In this document: positions 1 to 5,928 of the stretch, piece by piece | Layout: every line of letters starts with the position of its first letter | How positions within the stretch are numbered: position 1 is the first letter of the stretch | Source: Chlamydiae bacterium RIFCSPHIGHO2_12_FULL_49_11 | GTDB taxonomy: Bacteria; Chlamydiota; Chlamydiia; Chlamydiales; 2-12-FULL-49-11 | DNA: 10,404 nt | Assembly: GCA_001794905.1 (NCBI GenBank) | Contig: MGLW01000001.1 | Span: 1-10,404, forward strand | Direction of reading: 5' to 3' | Position numbers and translations under genes: made by a program | Notes under the pieces: generated by a model | Seen by the model: only the letters and a program-made list of their open reading frames with translations | Told to the model about the DNA's origin: nothing | The model's database searches: none

Positions 1-361
1 AAACATAAATCACAAAACCGGAAAGGGCTACGCCGGTAGCAACAAGATTGGTGTAGAAAGCCAAAATGGCAATGCCCGCAACTCCCATGAAAGCGGCAAA
101 GACAAGCGCACTGCGAATTGAAATTCGGCCTGTGGCTAGAGGGCGCGTGCGGGTGCGGGCCATCTTCCGGTCGCTCAGGCGATCAATGTAACTATTGCAC
201 ACGCAGGCGGAAGCAATCACCAGCCCGAGGCCGATGACGGTGATCAAAAACAGGAGGGGATGAAAAACTCCTCTTGCAGCAAGGGCAAAGCCCGCCGTCG
301 TAGTGATCAGGTTTCCCATGATGATTCCGGGTTTTGTGAGCATCGCATATGTTTTTATCAT
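1..361 (-). CDS. cyoE: Protoheme IX farnesyltransferase (heme O synthase), 5' part only; runs off the left edge
   Basis: Not in the ORF track; translated by hand from ATG at 361: MIKTYAMLTKPGIIMGNLITTTAGFALAARGVFHPSLFLITVIGLGLVIASACVCNSYIDRLSDRKMARTRTRPLATGRIS... It has the TKPGII-GN N-terminus and the UbiA-family NxxxDxxxD...RTxxRP motif. The start overlaps the cyoD stop (ATGA, 358-361). Confidence 0.95.
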   Translation of the reverse strand, partial: MIKTYAMLTKPGIIMGNLITTTAGFALAARGVFHPLLFLITVIGLGLVIASACVCNSYIDRLSDRKMARTRTRPLATGRISIRSALVFAAFMGVAGIAILAFYTNLVATGVALSGFVIYV

Positions 362-702
362 CGTGAACGTTCCGTGGGTGATTTAGGGTGTGTCATCATG
401 GTTCTTTCGTTTAAGCTGTACATGATCCAGAGCGAGCCGCCGACAATCACAACGAGGACGAGCGCCATGAATAAAAAGGTGAGGAGATTAATGCGCGGTT
501 TTCTTTCTTTTCCCAAATAGAGGAAGAAGACGAGCTGTACGATCGCCTGAATGACGGCAAGGCCGCTCAGCGTCAAGATGAGGGCATAACCGGTCAAAAG
601 CCGATAGAAGACGAGGAAGTAGGCAGTGAGGGTAAGGATGATGCAGGAGGCAAACCCAAAAGTGTAGGAGCGTGCGGTCGCTTTTTTGAAATGCTCTTCC
701 AT
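358..702 (-). CDS. cyoD: Cytochrome bo3-type quinol oxidase subunit IV (114 aa)
   Basis: Three hydrophobic segments with SYxxGFxxxIILT, QAIVQLVFFL and GGSLWIMxxLN motifs. Lies between cyoC and cyoE. GGAG upstream of the ATG; 1-nt gap from the cyoC stop. Confidence 0.95.
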   Translation of the reverse strand: MEEHFKKATARSYTFGFASCIILTLTAYFLVFYRLLTGYALILTLSGLAVIQAIVQLVFFLYLGKERKPRINLLTFLFMALVLVVIVGGSLWIMYSLNERTMMTHPKSPTERSR

Positions 703-703
703 A

Positions 704-1291
704 TTATATCACTCCGAAAAGGTAGACAAAGGTGAAAATGAAAATCCAGACTACGTCGAGGAAATGCCAGAAAAGTCGAAGGCACATCATGCGCCGCCGG
801 ATGTCGTGAGTGAAATCGCGAAAGAGGATCTGGAAAAAAAGGACAAGCATCCAGATCAGGCCGAAGGAGACGTGGGTACCGTGCGTGCCCACGAGAGTAA
901 AGTAGGCCGATAAAAACCCGCTTCGGCTCCAGCCGTTTCCTTCCAGGACAAGAAGGACGAACTCTCTCACTTCCATTACGACAAACGTAAGGCCGAGGAG
1001 AAATGTGACAAAGAGCCAAAGGAGGGTTTTTGTCTTTTCTTTTTTCCGCGCGGCAAAACCTAAAAAACCGCATGTGTAAGTGCTGGTAAGAAGGACAAAC
1101 GTTTCTGCGAGAATGTAGGGGAGGCTGAAAATTTCTTTTCCCGAAGGGCCGCCGAAGGTAGCATGACTGAGTACGATAAAAGTGGCAAAGAGGCTGCCGA
1201 ACAACAGACAGTCGGTCATGAGGTATACCCAAAAACCGAATACTGTTTTTTCGTACGTTTCTTCATGGTGGAGGGCAAGATTAGGGTGCAT
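704..1291 (-). CDS. cyoC: Cytochrome bo3-type quinol oxidase subunit III (195 aa)
   Basis: Motifs FGFWVYLMTDCLLF, FLSAYFTLVGTHGTHV and LFWHFLDVVWIFIFTFVYL. Start moved from 1447 to ATG 1291 (MHPNLALHH), which has GGAG at 1298-1301 and overlaps the cyoB stop by 11 nt. The longer ORF would lie deep inside cyoB. Confidence 0.95.
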   Translation of the reverse strand: MHPNLALHHEETYEKTVFGFWVYLMTDCLLFGSLFATFIVLSHATFGGPSGKEIFSLPYILAETFVLLTSTYTCGFLGFAARKKEKTKTLLWLFVTFLLGLTFVVMEVREFVLLVLEGNGWSRSGFLSAYFTLVGTHGTHVSFGLIWMLVLFFQILFRDFTHDIRRRMMCLRLFWHFLDVVWIFIFTFVYLFGVI

Positions 1292-3251
1292 AGCGATCTC
1301 CGTGTTCAATGCGGAAGACTTGTTTGGCAGGAAAAACGTACTCAGTTTCTTTTTCCGAAAGACGATAGATGGCAGAGAGGATGAGTCCAAGCATGGAAAC
1401 GGCCACAAGCCAAAAAATCTGCCAAATGATTGCAAAGCCAAGTACAAAGCTCCAGGCGGCGATGATCATGCCGATAGGAGTGTCTTTTGGAATCACAATA
1501 TCCTCATAGGGTGGAATGGGGGATCGTCGATGTTTGGAGGCCCAAAAAGCATCGCGCTCATGCACTTCGGGAACATGAGCAAAATTATAAAGGGGAGGCG
1601 GGGAAGCGGTCGACCATTCAAGAGTGCGGCCGTTCCAGGGGTCACCCGTATCGGTCCGATACTTTTCGCGCCAGCGCCACGAGTGGAAAACCTGCAATAC
1701 CTGAAAGCCGACTCCGATCGTAATCAGAATGACTCCGACCGATGCTACGATGAAGTATGGCTGCCATCCCGTACCGGCATCATAATGGGAAAGGCGCCTT
1801 GTTGCTCCCATGAGTCCCAATATATAGAGAGGCATGAAAGCGAGGAGGAAACCGGTGATCCACAGCCAAAAGGCCCACTTGCCGAGCTTTTCGTCGAGAA
1901 CGAATCCTGTAAATTTCGGAAACCAATAAGTAAAACCGGCAAAAAAACCGAACACTACGCCGCCGATGATGACCGAATGGAAATGGGCTACCAGAAAAAG
2001 GCTGTTGTGAACCTGGAAATCGAAAGGAGCAATGGAAAGGAGCACTCCTGCCATTCCGCCGATCGTAAAAATGAAGACAAAACCCAAAAACCATAACATC
2101 GGCGTCGTGAAATGGATGCGCCCGTGATGCATCGTAAAAAGCCAGTTGAAAATCTTCACGCCGGTAGGGATCGCAATCAGCATCGTCATGGCACCGAAAA
2201 ACGCATTCACGTTGGCACTTGCGCCCATAGTGAAAAAATGGTGCAGCCAAACGATGAATGATAAAAAGGTGATGAAAATGATCGCCCATACCATGGACAC
2301 ATATCCGAAAAGGCGCTTTTGAGAAAACGTCGCGACTACTTCGGAAAAAATGCCGAATGCGGGAAGAATCAGGATGTACACTTCAGGATGGCCCCAAGCC
2401 CAAATGAGGTTGACATACATCATGGGGTTTCCGCCTCCGCTTGCGGTGAAAAAATGCATATCCATCAACCGGTCGAGGGAAAGCATGAGAAGAGTGGCTG
2501 TCAGGATGGGGAATGCGAACAGAATGAGCACCATGGTGGCAAGCATCGCCCACACGAAGACGGGCATTTTCATGAAAGTCATGCCCGGACAGCGCATTTT
2601 AAAAATCGTGGCGAAAAAGTTGAGTCCGCCGAACAAACTCCCAATGCCGGTGATTTGTACGCTCCATATCCAATAGTCGACGCCTACACCGGGACTAAAT
2701 TCCAGCTCGGAAAGGGGAGGGTAGCCTACCCAACCGCAGGCGGAAAAATCTCCGATCGCAAGCGATGCATTCAAGAGGAGAAAACCGGCCGCAAAAAGCC
2801 AGAAGCTCAGTGAATTAAGAAACGGAAAAGCAACGTCGCGCGCGCCTATCTGGAGAGGAATCAGTAAATTCGATACTGAAAATACAATTCCCATGCCGAC
2901 GAAGAAAATCATCGTCGTACCATGGGCCGTAAAAATTTGCTGAAAGTGGTCCGCTGACAAATACCCCTGCGCAGCTCCGACGGCAAGTGCCTGCTGGGCA
3001 CGGATCATTCCGGCATCGATCAGCCCTTTGAAAATCATCAATATAACGACAATCAGATACATCACTCCGATTTTTTTAGGGTCGAGCGTCGATATCCATT
3101 CTTTCCAGAGCCATTTCCACCTTTTCGTGTAGGTCAAAAAACCAATCACGGCGCACGCTATGAGGAGCATGAGAATACCGGCGCCCATCACGATGGCGCC
3201 GTGCTCGAAAGCGCTCCGGGTTAATTTTCCAAAGAGAGCGTTATGCGTCAT
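1281..3251 (-). CDS. cyoB: Cytochrome bo3-type quinol oxidase subunit I, A1-type heme-copper oxidase (656 aa)
   Basis: All six metal-ligand histidines are visible (IFTAHG, WGHPEVY, WLHHFF, AHFH), plus D-channel GARDVAFP, K-channel PTGVKIFNW, TRR and DPWNGRTLEW. Start moved from 3449 to ATG 3251 (MTHNALFGKL), which has AAGGAG at 3256-3261 and overlaps the cyoA stop by 11 nt. Confidence 0.97.
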   Translation of the reverse strand: MTHNALFGKLTRSAFEHGAIVMGAGILMLLIACAVIGFLTYTKRWKWLWKEWISTLDPKKIGVMYLIVVILMIFKGLIDAGMIRAQQALAVGAAQGYLSADHFQQIFTAHGTTMIFFVGMGIVFSVSNLLIPLQIGARDVAFPFLNSLSFWLFAAGFLLLNASLAIGDFSACGWVGYPPLSELEFSPGVGVDYWIWSVQITGIGSLFGGLNFFATIFKMRCPGMTFMKMPVFVWAMLATMVLILFAFPILTATLLMLSLDRLMDMHFFTASGGGNPMMYVNLIWAWGHPEVYILILPAFGIFSEVVATFSQKRLFGYVSMVWAIIFITFLSFIVWLHHFFTMGASANVNAFFGAMTMLIAIPTGVKIFNWLFTMHHGRIHFTTPMLWFLGFVFIFTIGGMAGVLLSIAPFDFQVHNSLFLVAHFHSVIIGGVVFGFFAGFTYWFPKFTGFVLDEKLGKWAFWLWITGFLLAFMPLYILGLMGATRRLSHYDAGTGWQPYFIVASVGVILITIGVGFQVLQVFHSWRWREKYRTDTGDPWNGRTLEWSTASPPPLYNFAHVPEVHERDAFWASKHRRSPIPPYEDIVIPKDTPIGMIIAAWSFVLGFAIIWQIFWLVAVSMLGLILSAIYRLSEKETEYVFPAKQVFRIEHGDRYAP

Positions 3252-4107
3252 GAGTCTCCTTGGGATGCATATAATGCATGATGACATGGTTAAAAATATG
3301 GAAGTCGCGGAGGGAGAAAAGTTGCACCAGGTTATTTTCGGACGGCTTTCGCAGAGCCTCATACGCTGCGGTGTCGAGTACCTTGCGGGAAAGCTGGCAT
3401 CGTCGCACCCATTTTTTATATTCTCCCCTGCTGCTTGCTCTGGCAACAAATGTCATTTCCGAAAAGCCTCTCCCGCTGAGATTGGCGGAGACGCCTCGAA
3501 ATTCTCCTTCGGTATCGGCGATCAGGTGGAGCTCGGTACGCATTCCCGGCATGGCGAAAATTTGACCGCCGAGCTCGGGAATCCAAAACGAATTCATCGG
3601 AGCATCGGCCGTAATTTCAAAATCGAGGGGAGTGTCAGCCGGAAACTGCAAAAAATTTACCGTAGCGATTTTTTCTTCGGGATAAATGAAGAGCCATTTC
3701 CAATCGAGGGCCACCACCTGGATTTTCAAAGGGGGGGTTTTGTGGGCGAGAGGTTTGTACGGGTCGAGCTTGTAGGAAGCGACCCAGTTGACCGATCCCA
3801 GAATGACGATGATGATAAAAGGGATTCCCCACCAGATCACCTCGGCCCATATATTATGATCGTGGTCAGGGGTATATTTTGCTTTCGGATTATTGGCCCG
3901 ATAGCGCCATGAAATAATAAGGGTGAGGAGGAATACGGGAATGACGACGATCAGCATTAAGAGAGTCGCGAGAACAAAAAGGTCGCGCTGTTCGATTGCA
4001 ATGCGCCCTTTGGGATAGATGACAGACATGTCGACGCCCGCTACCCACACACCGGCCAAAACAATCACGACAACCCAAATTAGGGTGATGCACAAACGTT
4101 TCCACAT
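3241..4107 (-). CDS. cyoA: Cytochrome bo3-type quinol oxidase subunit II (288 aa), without CuA ligands
   Basis: Motifs PKGxIAxEQRDL, EVIWWGIP, VVALDWKWLFIYPE and MNSFWIPELGGQIFAMPG. SANLSGRGFSEM stands where cytochrome c oxidases have the CuA motif CxExCGxxHxxM, which marks a quinol oxidase. Confidence 0.96.
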   Translation of the reverse strand: MWKRLCITLIWVVVIVLAGVWVAGVDMSVIYPKGRIAIEQRDLFVLATLLMLIVVIPVFLLTLIISWRYRANNPKAKYTPDHDHNIWAEVIWWGIPFIIIVILGSVNWVASYKLDPYKPLAHKTPPLKIQVVALDWKWLFIYPEEKIATVNFLQFPADTPLDFEITADAPMNSFWIPELGGQIFAMPGMRTELHLIADTEGEFRGVSANLSGRGFSEMTFVARASSRGEYKKWVRRCQLSRKVLDTAAYEALRKPSENNLVQLFSLRDFHIFNHVIMHYMHPKETHDA

Positions 4108-4117
4108 TCCGTTTGTC

Positions 4118-4146
4118 CATATACTCTACTTCATTTGTGTCGTCAA
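4118..4146 (-). promoter_or_regulatory. Candidate sigma70/sigma66-type promoter for cyoABCDE
   Basis: Minus strand reads TTGACG (4146-4141, overlapping the TGA stop of the upstream orphan), 17 nt, TATATG (4123-4118), then 10 nt to the cyoA ATG. The -10 lacks the conserved final T. Confidence 0.4.
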
Positions 4147-5840
4147 CCATTTCCGATGCGTCGGGATAGTTCCTTTTGCAGGCGCCATGTTTGCACTCCC
4201 CATACGGCAAGAAGCCCGAGTCCGAGTGTTAAGATACAGAAAATGAAAGCGGGAATACGGACATAGAGGGGAATAGACAGGAATGATTCTTTCAGTGTCG
4301 GCTTTTTCTTTGTTAAGCCGTCAAAAAGGCGGGCAGAGAGAGCGAGTTCGGAATCGGTGAGCGAAAACAATCTACGCAAGGAAATTTCTTCTCCCATTTT
4401 AGAGAGTTCAGGCCGAGTCCTCAGCTTTTGGATAAGCCGGTTATCAAAGAAAGGGAAAAGAGCCTGTGCACATCTTAGCCATCTTTCTACGGTAGCTCTA
4501 AACACAGCCTCATTCGGGAGGGCTTCATTTAAAAAATCGCTCTGACGCAACAAGTAAAGGTCGGCTCCAAAAAAGCCCTGAAAATCATGTTTCTTCTCCT
4601 GCAAAATTTCTTTGACAAGAGTCACAATCTTCTCATCAGGAGTGCCGGCCCGATGTATAATGGAAATTATTTTCAACCGTTTCATGCTGCCGGTACGGTA
4701 GAAAAATTGTCTCAGGGATTCATTGGCTTCATGAATCAGCACGTCTTGATTCATCCGGACAAGGGGAGAAGTTAGGATATTCTTTTCAGCGCGAGACGTT
4801 GTGCGGAGCCAGCGGCAAAGGGTGGCTCGAAAATTTTGCATTGTAATTGTATAGAAACAGATAGTCTCCTTATTGAGGAAGCCGGTTCCAACCATCCGCA
4901 TGATAATATCTTCAATGATCATGGGGTGCTTTGGAACATAGTTGGATCTATAATGGTCGTTGGCAACAGTTATGATTTCGCTTTCATCTACGTGTGTCCG
5001 TTCGAAATATGCCATGATAGAATCCAACTGGGTTGCAGAAGCGGTATGGTTGTGCAGATTTTGGATTATGTGCCGGTGGAGTAATTCCAGACGCTTAGGG
5101 TTAGGAATAAGGTCCTTTCGAAGGGTTTCGAAGAGATGAAGAAGGTTGATGGTGATGACGGGGTGGGAGTTCTCCCGTAAATGACGCTGCCGCGTTTCAT
5201 CACACGTTTCGGGGTCAACTAAATGACGCTGTGCCAGGAGATCACACGTTGCAGGGTCAATGCATTGAGGGAAGAGAAGCGCTTCGGATAAAAATGCGCG
5301 AGTGACCTTTTCCGGATCCTCGGGGTTAAACCTTATTTTGGCAGAGTCACGATGAACATGATACGCCAGAAAATCAAATTCTTCTTCCGGAGGTAGATTG
5401 CTCAGTATGGTGACAAGGAAGTGAGCATACCTAAGGTGAGTTTCCGGAAGAGGGTCTGAGTAAGGCTTTGTCAGAATTTTATAACGATACCATAGGTCTT
5501 CCGGCAGAGAGCGGACCATGAAAATGAGGTGGGCATTTTGTATAGGATCCCGCAGAAATTCTCCTGCGCTGATCATGCGGGCGATATTGTCAGCATAAGC
5601 CACCATGACATCCTCCCGATCATCGGCCGGTTGAGAAGCCGGTAAACGGGGCAAAGGCTCCGGTAATTTGAGGTCCATTGCCTGAGGAAAGGAGTAAATA
5701 TTCTGAAGGTGAGAGAATACTTCTTGCACCGCAAATTGGATGCGGGCGAAAAGATCCCGATTATTCACATCGGTCTCACGAGACACCTCTTCCACAAGTT
5801 TATTCCAATCGGAGCGTAAAACCACATTTGCAAGTTGCAT
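4143..5840 (-). CDS. Hypothetical protein (565 aa), probably largely helical, with internal repeats and one C-terminal transmembrane segment
   Basis: Long ORF that fills the gap between cyoA and the divergent intergenic region. No family motif recognised. Hydrophobic stretch IPAFIFCILTLGLGLLAVWGV (aa 529-549) followed by a 16-aa basic tail. No signal peptide and no SD before the ATG. Confidence is for it being coding; function is unknown. Confidence 0.85.
   Translation of the reverse strand: MQLANVVLRSDWNKLVEEVSRETDVNNRDLFARIQFAVQEVFSHLQNIYSFPQAMDLKLPEPLPRLPASQPADDREDVMVAYADNIARMISAGEFLRDPIQNAHLIFMVRSLPEDLWYRYKILTKPYSDPLPETHLRYAHFLVTILSNLPPEEEFDFLAYHVHRDSAKIRFNPEDPEKVTRAFLSEALLFPQCIDPATCDLLAQRHLVDPETCDETRQRHLRENSHPVITINLLHLFETLRKDLIPNPKRLELLHRHIIQNLHNHTASATQLDSIMAYFERTHVDESEIITVANDHYRSNYVPKHPMIIEDIIMRMVGTGFLNKETICFYTITMQNFRATLCRWLRTTSRAEKNILTSPLVRMNQDVLIHEANESLRQFFYRTGSMKRLKIISIIHRAGTPDEKIVTLVKEILQEKKHDFQGFFGADLYLLRQSDFLNEALPNEAVFRATVERWLRCAQALFPFFDNRLIQKLRTRPELSKMGEEISLRRLFSLTDSELALSARLFDGLTKKKPTLKESFLSIPLYVRIPAFIFCILTLGLGLLAVWGVQTWRLQKELSRRIGNG
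5178..5261. repeat. Two-copy 42-bp in-frame tandem repeat inside the orphan CDS
   Basis: 5178-5219 taaatgacgctgccgcgtttcatcacacgtttcggggtcaac versus 5220-5261 taaatgacgctgtgccaggagatcacacgttgcagggtcaat; 31/42 identical by hand count. Encodes IDPATCDLLAQRHL / VDPETCDETRQRHL. Confidence 0.92.
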
Positions 5841-5928
5841 ATAAAAAAGCTAACATAACGATGGTTTTTAAAAAATAAGATCTTTACAAAATTATCGATT
5901 TCGGCTACTTGGGAACAAAGAGGTGATT
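5841..5928. promoter_or_regulatory. AT-rich divergent promoter region between the orphan (-) and the nitronate monooxygenase gene (+)
   Basis: Divergent gene orientation implies promoters here or nearby. Plus-strand candidate: TTTACA (5883-5888), 17 nt, TACTTG (5906-5911), with SD GAGGTGAT at 5920-5927. Minus-strand candidate -10 TATGTT lies 11 nt before ATG 5840. The individual hexamer calls are uncertain. Confidence 0.55.

Noticed and set aside
594..1232. 212-aa minus-strand ORF in another frame over cyoC/cyoD (also 1780-2289 within cyoB)
   Set aside because: Arg/Pro/His/Ser-rich composition is typical of an off-frame reading of a hydrophobic gene. The cyo frames are intact, so no frameshift is needed.
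1292..1447. N-terminal extension of cyoC in the ORF track (likewise cyoB 3252-3449 and rsbV 7058-7117)
   Set aside because: The cyo extensions overlap the upstream gene and the downstream ATGs have SD sequences. In all three cases the shorter start gives a family-typical length.
1182..2096. 304-aa plus-strand ORF, and other antisense ORFs over the cyo genes (260-520, 686-913, 2319-2813, 2350-2676, 3160-3912)
   Set aside because: They lie antisense to well-supported cyo genes and have no recognisable motifs. Long shadow ORFs are expected opposite genes with biased codon use.
3890..4210. Out-of-frame ORF with an ATG 13 nt upstream of cyoA, and mini-ORF MSYVG at 8473-8490, as regulatory upstream ORFs
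   Set aside because: No SD, and both ATGs fall in or right beside the candidate -10 boxes, so they are probably not in the transcript. No independent support.
5178..5261. 42-bp repeat as a mini-CRISPR or mobile-element end
   Set aside because: Only two abutting copies, in frame within a CDS, with no spacer-sized unique sequence and no cas or transposase gene nearby.
4143..5840. Orphan as a low-GC horizontally acquired island
   Set aside because: Spot counts of three 60-nt lines gave about 38%, 42% and 55% GC, too variable to claim a shift. No flanking repeats, tRNA or integrase.
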